A stretch of DNA of 55,533 bases, filler included, from Armatimonadota bacterium (GTDB lineage: Bacteria; Armatimonadota; Fimbriimonadia; Fimbriimonadales; Fimbriimonadaceae): assembly GCA_031400935.1 (NCBI GenBank). It is 5 parts of 5 records of this genome, joined end to end, with 100 filler letters (N's around TTAATTAATTAA, not from the genome) between each part and the next. Parts side by side here need not be neighbours in the genome. Positions count along the whole stretch, not along the records: positions 8,481 to 39,093 come from JANNQV010000055.1; 4 more parts are not named here. One strand, 5' to 3'. The position numbers were made by a program, and so were the translations under genes. Below, in pieces: positions 19,519 to 29,105 of the stretch (positions are counted from its first letter, which is position 1; each line of letters starts with the position of its first letter). The notes below the pieces were generated by a model. The model made no database searches. It had not been told where the DNA came from and saw nothing but the letters and a program-made list of their open reading frames with translations.

Positions 19519-20515
19519 TACTCTTTCAATCCTTATAGCGGCACAGACATTTGCATCCCTCGCAATAACTCAACAATCGCCTATTGTGGATCGGCCCACT
19601 CTCGCCGTAAGTCCATCATCGGAGTTTTTTGGCCAGGATTGTCCAGCATGGAAGCTTTCAGGCGAGAAGATTGACGAATGGGCTAAGGAGAACAAAGTCC
19701 TCGTAAAGCGTTTTGGCAAATCTGTCTTCTTAATTGACCCTGAGACATTTCAGATTGGCCGAATTCAAAAAGCGCTTGATGCCGCCAGCCACCTTACTGA
19801 CCTGAACGACCTGAACCGTATAGACTTTTCATCGATGGATCCAGAAATTCGTGACGGGATTCTTGAAATGATGGGTGGTCCCTACACGGATTCGATTGGT
19901 CCAATAATTGCGGGTTCGGGAATTGGGAGGATCGTCCCATCCGTTGGCATTACAGTAACAGACGGAACTCAAACTATTCGAACTACACATTTCAAGCTGG
20001 AAAGTCACGCATTTGACCCGACGCAATATTCGGATCGTCCAAACGAAAGTCAGCGTAAAGAGCATGCGAAGAAATACTCGATCTCTTTTAATTCAAAATC
20101 TGCCTTTGGGTTGAATTACGCTTGGGCCCCAAGCGCAAAGACCTCAAAAGAAAAAGCTGAAGAAATTCAAGTTCTAACGGCGTTGTTGGAAGCTGAAATC
20201 GAACGACAGAAATCGGAGTACGACCGAGTTTGGCCCAAATTCATCAAAAGAGTGATGGGTAAAAACTCCGTGCCCGAAAAAGGTGCGCGCTTGAGCGATT
20301 TGCCAGCCGATCAGATAGCCAGTATTCGTGATCATTTGATGTTGGAGTTTGGCAACGACAGGGCAAAAGTTGACGCATTTCTTGCAGCAAGTAGGGTCGT
20401 CAATGCAAATCCGATTGCTTCGGTGGGTGCCTCGTATAAGGATGAGAAGGGATTTGGCTTTGGATCCTATACCCAACTGAATGTTCGAAGAAGGTTTTGG
20501 CGAACTGATGACTAG
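19505..20515 (+). CDS. hypothetical secreted protein
   Basis: Long ORF; GTG 19505 after GAGG gives a signal-peptide-like start. Confidence 0.6.
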   Translation: MVLVNTLSILIAAQTFASLAITQQSPIVDRPTLAVSPSSEFFGQDCPAWKLSGEKIDEWAKENKVLVKRFGKSVFLIDPETFQIGRIQKALDAASHLTDLNDLNRIDFSSMDPEIRDGILEMMGGPYTDSIGPIIAGSGIGRIVPSVGITVTDGTQTIRTTHFKLESHAFDPTQYSDRPNESQRKEHAKKYSISFNSKSAFGLNYAWAPSAKTSKEKAEEIQVLTALLEAEIERQKSEYDRVWPKFIKRVMGKNSVPEKGARLSDLPADQIASIRDHLMLEFGNDRAKVDAFLAASRVVNANPIASVGASYKDEKGFGFGSYTQLNVRRRFWRTDD

Positions 20516-20642
20516 TGCTCACCAACTGTAATATATTCGTATTGATCGGGTTCCAAATTCAAATTTCAGGAACTCACGTAAAGTTCGCAAAGCCTACGTT
20601 GCGAACCATGGTGCCATAGGCGTGACACATAAAAGGTATAGA

Positions 20643-20712
20643 ATCTCACGCAATGGTCGCAGAGGTTCGCGGATCAGAACTGCGTTTCTTCGCGTCCACT
20701 CCGTGAGAAATC
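20643..20712. repeat. palindromic intergenic repeat (CTCACGCA...GTGAGA family)
   Basis: Related to 52945-53057. Confidence 0.55.
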
Positions 20713-20776
20713 AGATCTTTCCAAGGCTATTGGATCACTTTTGGTCCGAAATGTGTTAGATTGATACAACGGGCTC

Positions 20777-22009
20777 ATGAAAATTCCCGTAACACATCCC
20801 ATGCGCGTTGCTTTTTTTACTGAAGCCTTCGATCCGTTTACCAACGGAGTCGTTGTGCTGATAAAGGCGTATCGCGATGCTTTGATTGCAGCGGGGCACG
20901 ATGTGGTCATCTTTACGCCCAACAACGAAGACCGCCCGAAAAAGGAATACGGCGTCGTCCGAATGCCCAGTTTTCACTTTGCGAAGGAAATGTATCCGAT
21001 GGCGATTCCCTCGACTTTTCCGCTTCGAAGGTTTGCCGAACTGCAGTTCGACATCATCCACAGCCACCACCCGTTTAGCTGCGGATTGCTTGCAGAAAGG
21101 CTTTCGTTCAAGCACGATATTCCGCTGGTTTACACGTTCCACACGCTTCTCACCACGCAATCGCACTACCTGCCGGCACCGAAGCAGCTTGCCGAAGACA
21201 CGATTTTGCGTGTGATTCGCCGCCATTGCAAACGCTCGCACTGCGTAACTGTTAGCACCCAGGTGATGCACGATTGGCTCCGAAAGCGCAAAGTGGATTC
21301 CCCTATCCAGCTTGTCCGCCCAAATGTTCCGAGCACTCTGGCTCCAGTTGGCGCGAGGGAGAGAATTCGAATTCAGCACAAAATTGGGACTAACGAAGTG
21401 CTTGTTTTCTGCGCGAGCCGATTAACCCACGAAAAAAACGTAGATTTGCTTTTGCGGGCCGTCTCGCAGCTTCGAGTTCATACACCTTACAAAGTTCTGA
21501 TTGCAGGTTCAGGATTCGATGACCGCGAGCTAAGAGATTTGGCAGATTCTTTGGGGATTTCAAACCGAATCATTTGGGCTGGCGAAGTGCCTCACGCTGA
21601 AATGCCCGATTACTATGCCGCTGCGGATTTATTCGCTTTCCCGTCATCCAACGACACTTTGGGAATGGTAGTTTTAGAAGCTATGGCCGCAAAACTTCCT
21701 ACGGTGGTGATTGACAGAAATGGGCCAGCCGAGGTTGTTCGGCATAACGTGGATGGAATTCACACCAACTTCGATCCAATTTCATTTTCTAATGCATTGG
21801 CTCTTTTGATCAATCATCCTGATTTGCGTCAGTCCATGGGCGCACATGCAATGGTCGGTTGCCAAAAATTCTGCACACCCGATACTGCCACTGGGCTCCA
21901 GGATGCGTACCAAATCGCTCGAGAGATGCTTCAACTCGATATGCTTTTGGGCAAGCGCAGAGGGTTTTCTCGAACAAAGAAACCGACTACCGGTCCCAAA
22001 GTTTGGTAA
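20777..22009 (+). CDS. glycosyltransferase family 4
   Basis: NGVV, IIHSHHPF, YTFHT, RLTHEKN, DTLGMVVLEAMAA. Confidence 0.92.
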   Translation: MKIPVTHPMRVAFFTEAFDPFTNGVVVLIKAYRDALIAAGHDVVIFTPNNEDRPKKEYGVVRMPSFHFAKEMYPMAIPSTFPLRRFAELQFDIIHSHHPFSCGLLAERLSFKHDIPLVYTFHTLLTTQSHYLPAPKQLAEDTILRVIRRHCKRSHCVTVSTQVMHDWLRKRKVDSPIQLVRPNVPSTLAPVGARERIRIQHKIGTNEVLVFCASRLTHEKNVDLLLRAVSQLRVHTPYKVLIAGSGFDDRELRDLADSLGISNRIIWAGEVPHAEMPDYYAAADLFAFPSSNDTLGMVVLEAMAAKLPTVVIDRNGPAEVVRHNVDGIHTNFDPISFSNALALLINHPDLRQSMGAHAMVGCQKFCTPDTATGLQDAYQIAREMLQLDMLLGKRRGFSRTKKPTTGPKVW

Positions 22010-22103
22010 TTCTCTCCAAAAGTCCTAGGTCTGAAACCCTGTTTTCCAAAAATTGGTGTTAGCATTACGCTAGGTGCAAAGATATGCACTAACGAGGTGT
22101 CAC

Positions 22104-22628
22104 TTGACAGTTTTTGGTTATACGCTTGCAATTCTCGGCGTTCTCTTTGGAGGATGCCTTTCCGCTTGGGCGATTTTGATGGGTTTTCAAAGCCTTTTTC
22201 CGCGAAGGTCGGAATATGCTCAACGTGCAATTATCGAACATCCATGGAGATGGACGGTAGTGGGACTCCTTGTTTGGTTCACATTTGGGCTTATCGGCTT
22301 GGTTTTGATTCAATTGCCGAATCCAGTCGCAAAACTAATCGGTACGATGTGGATGTCAGCGATTACCGCATTTACAGCCGTTGGGGCATCTGGCCTCATA
22401 CAACTTTTGGGTAGTCGGCTTCGTGAAAAGGACCCTGCAATGAGCGAATATGGCAGTCAATCACGTGCTGGGCTGATCTTGGTTTCATCGGGACTATTGC
22501 CCTTCGTTGGATGGTTTGCAGTCGTTCCGCTTTTGTTAGCTATGGGACTTGGCGCAGGAATTCGAGCCGTGTTCACACGCGCTCCGCAGAGTGCTCCTGC
22601 TAGTCCAAAGCTTGAATTCGGAGCTTAG
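22104..22628 (+). CDS. hypothetical membrane protein, first gene of the DUF1800/DUF1501 operon
   Basis: 4-5 TM helices; GAGG upstream of TTG 22104. Confidence 0.7.
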   Translation: MTVFGYTLAILGVLFGGCLSAWAILMGFQSLFPRRSEYAQRAIIEHPWRWTVVGLLVWFTFGLIGLVLIQLPNPVAKLIGTMWMSAITAFTAVGASGLIQLLGSRLREKDPAMSEYGSQSRAGLILVSSGLLPFVGWFAVVPLLLAMGLGAGIRAVFTRAPQSAPASPKLEFGA

Positions 22629-22630
22629 TC

Positions 22631-24100
22631 ATGTCATTGAGTCGTAGGGAAGCACTAGCGATTGCAGCCGGAGGAGCCGCCTTGGCGGCTTCTGGAGGTT
22701 GCCGTAGAATTCTGCGGCCGCTTGAAGGCGATTCGCTTCCCGTATCCATTGATTTGCCAGTTTCTGATGCGACAGCTGAAATGCGCCTACTCAACAGGTC
22801 AGGATTTGGTCCTCGTCCAGGCGATCTTGCCATGCTTGCCGAAAAGGGCACGGATTCCTGGATCGAAGAGCAGCTAAAAGGCGAATTGGAAGAGCCACTA
22901 CACCTCGAATTTGAGGTGAATCAGATGGACATTTTCCATTTGGACGCGCAGGACTTGGAAGATCTTTCGATGGAAGAAGTGATCGAGCAGCTCCAACAGG
23001 CTCAGCTTCTGACAGCAGTTTATTCGAGAAATCAGCTTCGCCAAAGAATGGCGGATTTCTGGACGAACCATTTCAATATCTATTCGAAGAAGTTGGACTC
23101 GTCCTTTCGCCTTGGCTCAGACAACTGGTCGGTCATTCGCAAGCATTCACTTGGAAATTTCGGCGACATGGTCAGGGCTTCCGCAAAGAGCCCTGCTATG
23201 CTGGGGTATCTCGACAATGATGTCAATAAGAAAGGCGTCGCAAACGAGAATTATGCCCGCGAACTGATGGAGCTTCATACTCTCGGTGTTGATGGCGGGT
23301 ACACGCAGAAGGACATTCAAGAAGTCGCCAGGTGCTTTACCGGGTGGACAATAGAAAGCCGATTCCTTCGACCTCGAAATATTGCACGATTTGATCCAGA
23401 GCTTCACGATGACGGCTCTAAATTGGTGTTTGGAAAGCGAATTCCTGCGGGTTTAGGTGCAAAAGATGCCGAACTGGTCGTTGATATATTGCTGAAACAT
23501 CCTTCGACGCCAAAGTTTCTCGCGAAAAAGCTTTCTAAATACTTCTTAGGAACAAGAAATGAAGTTGTGGAGCGACAAATCACTAAAGCTTATGCAGAAA
23601 GCAAAGGCTCGATTTCAGCTATGCTTCGGCCTATTTTGGTCAATGATGAGTTAGAAAATGCACCGCCGATTCTGAAACGTCCGTTCGACTTTGTAGTGTC
23701 CGCACTAAGAGCGATTGATGCCGACACCCTCGCAGGAGCGGAGTTGTTAAATCAACTTCGTCAAATGGGTCAGCCCGGCTACGAATGGCCGATGCCAGAC
23801 GGGTATCCCGTAGATACCGATTCTTGGACAGGCTCGCTTCTTGCGAGATGGAATTTTGCCACCAGGCTTTCTGAAAATGCGTTTGGTGACACTCAGCCCA
23901 GGCTCGCAATTCTGAAAGAGAAGTTTGAAGGCTCAGAAATTGATCTCATGACCTCTTTGTTTTTTGGCGTTTCGTCGAACCACGAATCGGTCAAGCAAAT
24001 GGAGCCTCTTTTGAAGCGAAAGTTAAGCAGTAATCGGGAAAAGAGGCTGATCGAAGCGGCATCGCTCTGCATTTGCGCTCCCGAATTTCAATGGAGATAG
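22631..24100 (+). CDS. DUF1800 family protein with Tat-type signal
   Basis: SRREAL; FWTNHF, PAMLGYLDN, NENYARELMELHTLG. Confidence 0.92.
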   Translation: MSLSRREALAIAAGGAALAASGGCRRILRPLEGDSLPVSIDLPVSDATAEMRLLNRSGFGPRPGDLAMLAEKGTDSWIEEQLKGELEEPLHLEFEVNQMDIFHLDAQDLEDLSMEEVIEQLQQAQLLTAVYSRNQLRQRMADFWTNHFNIYSKKLDSSFRLGSDNWSVIRKHSLGNFGDMVRASAKSPAMLGYLDNDVNKKGVANENYARELMELHTLGVDGGYTQKDIQEVARCFTGWTIESRFLRPRNIARFDPELHDDGSKLVFGKRIPAGLGAKDAELVVDILLKHPSTPKFLAKKLSKYFLGTRNEVVERQITKAYAESKGSISAMLRPILVNDELENAPPILKRPFDFVVSALRAIDADTLAGAELLNQLRQMGQPGYEWPMPDGYPVDTDSWTGSLLARWNFATRLSENAFGDTQPRLAILKEKFEGSEIDLMTSLFFGVSSNHESVKQMEPLLKRKLSSNREKRLIEAASLCICAPEFQWR

Positions 24101-24103
24101 ACC

Positions 24104-25396
24104 ATGTCTGACAATTATTCTTGCAACAGTTACCGAGAAGCCAGCCTTAAGAAAGGCGTTTCGAGAAGAGACTTGATACGGCTAGGCGCGTTAGGAATGG
24201 TCGGCTGGGTAGCTGCAAGTCAAACCGCTCTCTCTCAAATAGCCATCAACAACCAACAACCAACAACTAACAACGTCTTAGTTGTCCTGTTCCTCCGAGG
24301 CGGCATGGACGGACTCAATGCAGTCGTCCCCTATGCCGACGAAGAATACTATCGTTTGCGTCCGTCGCTTGGCATCGGTGCGCCGAATTCAAAAACTGCG
24401 ATTGCAGATCGAGCTATTGATTTGGACGGATTCTTTGGATTCCATCCGGTTTTGAAGCCAATGCTCCCTCTTTTTGAAGATCGGCGGTTGGCAATAGTCC
24501 ATGCCGTTGGTTCTGGTGACCAAACTCGAAGTCATTTTGAAGCCATGAATGTAATGGAACGCGGACTTGCTTCCGATACTCGCGGTTCGATGGGCGGATG
24601 GTTAGCTCGATACTTGAAAGCAACGGAAAGCGATTCTGATTCGCCAATGCGAGCAGTTGCCCTTACAAGCGTTTTGCCAGATTCACTTTTGGGGGCGACT
24701 CATGCAGTCAATTTTTCGAATCTAAATGAGTATCGCCTCGATGCGCCTCTCGATGTTCGAAGCGATCTGGCACAAATGTATTCGAAAGGCAAGGATGCCG
24801 TTTCACTTGCGGGAATTGATACGCTAAATGTCCTCCGTAAGCTCGAAAAACTAAACCCGCAAAGCTACAAACCGAACGGTACGGCGGCTTATCCAGACAC
24901 CGAACTCGGAAATGGGTTCAAACAGGTGGCAATGCTCATCAAGAACGATGTGGGGCTCGAAGTGGCTTGTCTGGATCGCGGAGGATGGGATACTCATGTC
25001 GCCCAAGGCGCTGGAACGGGCTTGCTGGCTTCACACCTCGACGACGTTGCAAAATCATTGGCAGCATTCGCTGCGGATATGGGAAAAGAATTGGGCCGAG
25101 TTACGGTGGTGGTAATGACCGAATTTGGCCGCCGTACCGAGGAAAACACTGGGCTAGGAACAGATCATGGGCGCGGGTCATGTATGTTCGTTCTAGGTGG
25201 CGGAGTGAAAGGCGGCAAAGTTTACGGCGATTGGCCTGGGCTGAAAGAAAATCAGCTTGAAGGTCCTGGTGACCTTCGAGTAACGACAGATTATCGAGAT
25301 GTGTTGAGCGAGGTGCTCCTAAAGAGAATGAGCCTCATAGATCAAGGAGAAATTTTCCCTGGTCATAAAGATTTGCACTTAGGTTTGGTTTCGTAA
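24104..25396 (+). CDS. DUF1501 family protein
   Basis: SRRDLI; FLRGGMDGL, RSHF, GGWDTH, TEFGR, GTDHG. Confidence 0.92.
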   Translation: MSDNYSCNSYREASLKKGVSRRDLIRLGALGMVGWVAASQTALSQIAINNQQPTTNNVLVVLFLRGGMDGLNAVVPYADEEYYRLRPSLGIGAPNSKTAIADRAIDLDGFFGFHPVLKPMLPLFEDRRLAIVHAVGSGDQTRSHFEAMNVMERGLASDTRGSMGGWLARYLKATESDSDSPMRAVALTSVLPDSLLGATHAVNFSNLNEYRLDAPLDVRSDLAQMYSKGKDAVSLAGIDTLNVLRKLEKLNPQSYKPNGTAAYPDTELGNGFKQVAMLIKNDVGLEVACLDRGGWDTHVAQGAGTGLLASHLDDVAKSLAAFAADMGKELGRVTVVVMTEFGRRTEENTGLGTDHGRGSCMFVLGGGVKGGKVYGDWPGLKENQLEGPGDLRVTTDYRDVLSEVLLKRMSLIDQGEIFPGHKDLHLGLVS

Positions 25397-25413
25397 CTGT
25401 TCAGTTTGAGTAA

Positions 25414-25715
25414 TCCCGAAGGGGACTGTTGAGAAATGAGGTCTCCAAAAGTCTCGAAGAGATTTCGTATGTCAGCCCAAGTTTATCCCCGTCTACGCGG
25501 ATAAACTTGGGCTATTCATCGATAAATTTCCAACCTCGAAGAGGTTGCGTATGCATCATTTTGACCATAGATAAAGGCGCAACCCCTTCAGGGACTGTTG
25601 AGAAAGTCCGGTTAAAGAATCTGGCATCCCTCCAGGATGCTGATGCAAGTTGAAATTTGTACGTAGGGTCTCTCAGGTTCGACCCCACGCTGTTCTGCTT
25701 TGACTCCTTCGGAGT
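25414..25715. repeat. cluster of short palindromic intergenic repeats
   Basis: GGGACTGTTGAGAAA twice; AGCCCAAGTTTATCC...GGATAAACTTGGGCT; CAACCTCGAAGAGGTTG; GTAGGGTC...GACCCCAC; GACTCCTTCGGAGTC. Confidence 0.65.
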
Positions 25716-25755
25716 CGTGTTTCCACAATCGCCTTCGAGCTTTTTGTGGCTTCTT

Positions 25756-26115
25756 TTAACCTTCTTCGCTGTACTGAACCATCCCGACGGGATTGCCATC
25801 AAGATCGCCGATGCACGCCGACCAACCAACGTGAGGGACTTCGCTACGCGCAGCAACTACTGAGCCGCCCAATTCTTGCGCCTTCGCAGTCATTGCGTCA
25901 AGGTCTTGCACCTTAAACCAGAGCGAAGGGGAGTTTCCTGGCTTTGGGTTGTCAGACTGCATAAGACCGCCAATGTGCTTGTCTTCGAAACCGAAAATCT
26001 TCATACCTGGGATCGGAAATTCTGCAAAGTTCCAGCCGAAAAGTCCTTCGTAAAATGATTTGGAAAGGTCAAGGTCTTTGACTTCAAATTCAATATGGCA
26101 AATGTTGTTGTACAT
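25756..26115 (-). CDS. VOC/glyoxalase family protein
   Basis: HIEF...FYEGLFGW...DLDGNPVG; start placed at ATG 26115, 6 nt after TAAACT. Confidence 0.9.
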   Translation of the reverse strand: MYNNICHIEFEVKDLDLSKSFYEGLFGWNFAEFPIPGMKIFGFEDKHIGGLMQSDNPKPGNSPSLWFKVQDLDAMTAKAQELGGSVVAARSEVPHVGWSACIGDLDGNPVGMVQYSEEG

Positions 26116-26180
26116 CTCCATAGTTTAGAGGATCAAAGTCTAAAAGGCATGACGAATCTTGCGGAAAGTTGGGGAAAGTG

Positions 26181-26290
26181 TCGAGTGCTGAGAGGCGAAT
26201 GGAGAGTGGGGAGCGGTAGACGGAGTGCAAACTACAACCTGCCGACAACATGCAAACCACTTGCCAACCATCCGAACCCAAACTAACCCG
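26181..26290. repeat. degenerate 7-mer tandem/inverted repeat
   Basis: GAGTG/GAGAG units then AACTAC/AACCAC units at about 7-nt spacing; related tracts at 27580-27613 and 52886-52920. Confidence 0.55.
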
Positions 26291-26636
26291 CCATTTCCCT
26301 CGATGGCGGATACCCAAACTTCTTCTTGTATTCCCGACTGAAAGAAGAGGCGCTTTCGAAGCCGACTTCAAACCCAACTTCAGCGACAGAAAAACGCTTT
26401 TCTAAAAGCATGGCGCGGGCTTTTGACAGCCTGCACTCCTTCAAATATGAGATTGGAGTAACACCATAAGTTGCTCTGAACAAACGGTGAAAATGATACG
26501 GCGAAAGTGTTGCTAAAGCCGCCAATTGGTCGAGCGAATATCTGTCGGGGGAATCCGCCATCCAGTTTCGCACCCGTTCTAAGAGTCCAAGAAGGTCGTC
26601 CCTCGTTCGAAATTTTTTCGCGGGCATTCTTGCCAT
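26283..26636 (-). CDS. AraC-family HTH regulator
   Basis: LSPYHFHRLF, VGFESASSFSREYKKKFG. Confidence 0.88.
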   Translation of the reverse strand: MARMPAKKFRTRDDLLGLLERVRNWMADSPDRYSLDQLAALATLSPYHFHRLFRATYGVTPISYLKECRLSKARAMLLEKRFSVAEVGFEVGFESASSFSREYKKKFGYPPSREMAG

Positions 26637-26665
26637 GCAAAGGGATAGCGGGCAAGGTTGTCGGC

Positions 26666-27574
26666 TCATTGGCTTGCCAAAAATGCTTCGACTTCGCTTC
26701 GTGTCGGCATGGATTCTTGCGCACCGGGTTTGGTTACAGCCAATGCGGCAACTGCACTCGCAAATTGAAGAGCATCTTGCCAACCTTCGCCAATCGAAAG
26801 ACGTGAAGCCAGCCCACCCACAAATGCATCGCCAGCGGCGGTTGTGTCTATTGCGCCTACTCTGAAGGCGGGAATAGAAAGGGATTCAATGCCATTTGAC
26901 CAGTAACTGCCCCGTTCTCCCAAAGTCAGGACAACATTCTGGACGCCATTTTCGAGAAACCAAGCCGATGCGGCTTTGCACGAATCAGCATCCACTGGCC
27001 GAATTCCGGTCAAAAACTCGGTTTCCGATTCATTGGGAATGATTGCAAAAAGCTCCGAAAAAATCTCGTCGGGCAATTCTCGTGCTGGAGCGGGATTGAG
27101 AATCATTTTGCCAAGTTTTGAACCTGCAATCACTGCTTCCAAAGGAATCTCAAGCTGAGCTACGATGAAGGAGTCTGTTGAGCTTTGAATCGAAGCGTTC
27201 ACGAGTTCCTTCGTTACCGCTCCATTTGCTCCCGGTACGACCACGATCTGATTTTGGCCAGCTTCATCAACCAGAATCATGGCTGTGCCAGAAGGGAGCG
27301 AGTCATGAATCGCCATTGTGGAAGTTTCTACTCCGGAACCTTTCATCTGCCGAATTAGCGTTACTCCAAACCCGTCTTTGCCAACGCATCCGACAAAGCT
27401 GACTGGATTGCCCAATTTGCCAATGGCGACAGCCTGATTCGCCCCTTTTCCTCCTGGATGCTCAGAAAAATCTGTTCCAAGTAATGTTTCGCCAGGATTT
27501 GGGAAGCGACTGCATCGGAAAACGAGGTCCATGTTTGCGCTGCCGATTACCCAGATGGGAGGGATGGGGCTCAT
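26666..27574 (-). CDS. rbsK: ribokinase
   Basis: GSANMD, GGKGANQA, PNESE, DTTAAGDAF. Confidence 0.92.
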   Translation of the reverse strand: MSPIPPIWVIGSANMDLVFRCSRFPNPGETLLGTDFSEHPGGKGANQAVAIGKLGNPVSFVGCVGKDGFGVTLIRQMKGSGVETSTMAIHDSLPSGTAMILVDEAGQNQIVVVPGANGAVTKELVNASIQSSTDSFIVAQLEIPLEAVIAGSKLGKMILNPAPARELPDEIFSELFAIIPNESETEFLTGIRPVDADSCKAASAWFLENGVQNVVLTLGERGSYWSNGIESLSIPAFRVGAIDTTAAGDAFVGGLASRLSIGEGWQDALQFASAVAALAVTKPGAQESMPTRSEVEAFLASQ

Positions 27575-27689
27575 AGGTACGGGGTTTAGGGTGCAGGGTT
27601 TAGGGTGCAGGGTAACGGGACAGATTGTGCAACTAGAGCAAGACTCCAACTTGTTCCAATTGTCCTACAGGTCCAACCCGAACAAATTA

Positions 27690-27711
27690 GACAGGATAAA
27701 TCCTGTCCTAC
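27690..27711 (-). repeat. GTAG-type REP palindrome
   Basis: GACAGGATAAATCCTGTCCTAC, inverse of 11676-11697. Confidence 0.65.
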
Positions 27712-27712
27712 C

Positions 27713-28000
27713 CTACTCTTCCGTTCTAAAAATCCGGTGCCGAATAATGTCGTCATTGATGCCCATCAGTCGGCTCATTTCAGCTGGAACATCTGCTGGG
27801 GCTTCAAAAGCCATTAGGATATAGTTTCCTTCTTTAAAGCCATTGATCTCGTAGGCTAGCTTTCGCTTGTCCCATTTGCCAGCGCTGGCGACAGTGCCGC
27901 CTTTGTCTTCAACGAGCTTTTTGAAGCGCTCGGCAACTTTCTGAACGTCCGCGTCATCCATTTCAGGCTTGACGATATACATGGTTTCGTATTGATTCAT
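27713..28000 (-). CDS. rpsF: 30S ribosomal protein S6
   Basis: YETMYIVKP, W-x-KRKLAYEI, IIRH. Confidence 0.97.
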   Translation of the reverse strand: MNQYETMYIVKPEMDDADVQKVAERFKKLVEDKGGTVASAGKWDKRKLAYEINGFKEGNYILMAFEAPADVPAEMSRLMGINDDIIRHRIFRTEE

Positions 28001-28003
28001 ATT

Positions 28004-28047
28004 TTCCCTTCGGTCATTCGGCCAAACACTACTGGAGTGGCAGGGTG
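28004..28047 (-). promoter_or_regulatory. probable S6:S18 ribosomal leader RNA
   Basis: Minus strand CCCTG-CCA..TGG-CCG-AAT-GACCG-AAGGG immediately before rpsF. Confidence 0.55.
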
Positions 28048-28321
28048 AGCGAAGATGGTACCAGAAAATGGGTGACTTGGGTGAAATGGGTGAATTTGGT
28101 GAGCGGCCCTAGCGACAAAAGTTATTCCGGCGACAATCTTTCAATGCATCCTTTCACAGCAAATACAAGAAATTCAAGGAATTTCACAGGCAAAAATACT
28201 TGGTTATTACAAAAAAGTATAGGATTGCAATATTTTTCGGTGTAAGATATCTCGTATCGAACATAGGGCTTTAGAACGGTTAGTGTTTTAAGTTCGGGAT
28301 TTTTAGGAGGAGTTATCTAAA

Positions 28322-28936
28322 ATGAAAAAATTAATCTTTATTGCTGGACTTGCCAGCATCGCAGTCGGCGCATCCGCGCAGACCTTATTCTGGTCCGGCG
28401 ACACCACAGGCGGACCGACCTTCAATCGCCCAGGCGGCATGGCTGTTCTGGCGGGCAGCTTCGCAAATGCGGTTAGTTACGAGGTAATCCCATTCTGGGT
28501 GACCGCGGGCGGAAATTATGTCATGGAATTGAACGGTGGGCCTGCAAATGGAAAAACCCACACAGACACGTTTGCGCTTGTATATGGTGCTGGCTGGAAC
28601 GCGGCTACACCACTCACCGGCTTGATTAATGGTGACGACGATTTCTTTTCTCCAAACGCATTTACGTTGCTTTCAGGTATCGGCCAGGGCTTTGCGTCGA
28701 GTAGAATCGCTACTGGCGAAAGTGGAAACTTTAATGCGGGCGGCCTCGCTCTCAGCGCTAGTACCCAGTACTATGCAGTAGTCACCGGTTTTGCCAACGT
28801 TGACTTTGGAACCTATCTTGGCGCTATTGGAGGCGGACAGGGCACCGTCAATCGTGGAATAGTTCCTGAGCCAGCAACAATGGCAGCTCTCGGACTTGGC
28901 GCATTGGCTTTGATCCGACGACGACGAAGCAAATAA
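28322..28936 (+). CDS. PEP-CTERM sorting domain protein
   Basis: AGGAGG RBS, signal peptide, C-terminal VPEPATMAALGLGALALIRRRRSK. Confidence 0.93.
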   Translation: MKKLIFIAGLASIAVGASAQTLFWSGDTTGGPTFNRPGGMAVLAGSFANAVSYEVIPFWVTAGGNYVMELNGGPANGKTHTDTFALVYGAGWNAATPLTGLINGDDDFFSPNAFTLLSGIGQGFASSRIATGESGNFNAGGLALSASTQYYAVVTGFANVDFGTYLGAIGGGQGTVNRGIVPEPATMAALGLGALALIRRRRSK

Positions 28937-28958
28937 GCTGAATTAGCTTAATTGATTC

Positions 28959-28994
28959 AAATTCGGACTTCCTTAGGGGAGTCCGAATTTTTTT
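28959..28994 (+). terminator. intrinsic terminator
   Basis: AAATTCGGACT...AGTCCGAATTTTTTT. Confidence 0.8.
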
Positions 28995-29004
28995 GATTAT
29001 GCTG

Positions 29005-29092
29005 ATAGGAAGAATAAGACATATAGGACCAATAGGACTCATTGGTCAGGGTGGTCGTATAAGTCCTATCCGTCCTATATGTCCTATATGTT
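29005..29092. repeat. 9-mer (ATAGGAC-core) tandem/inverted repeat
   Basis: ATAGGAC units followed by GTCCTAT units. Confidence 0.75.
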
Positions 29093-29105
29093 TAAACAAA
29101 CAGCC

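Noticed and set aside
20540..20570. Possible duplicated tmRNA 3' end (attR)
   Set aside because: Only a weak GGGTTC-AATTC resemblance, too short to support
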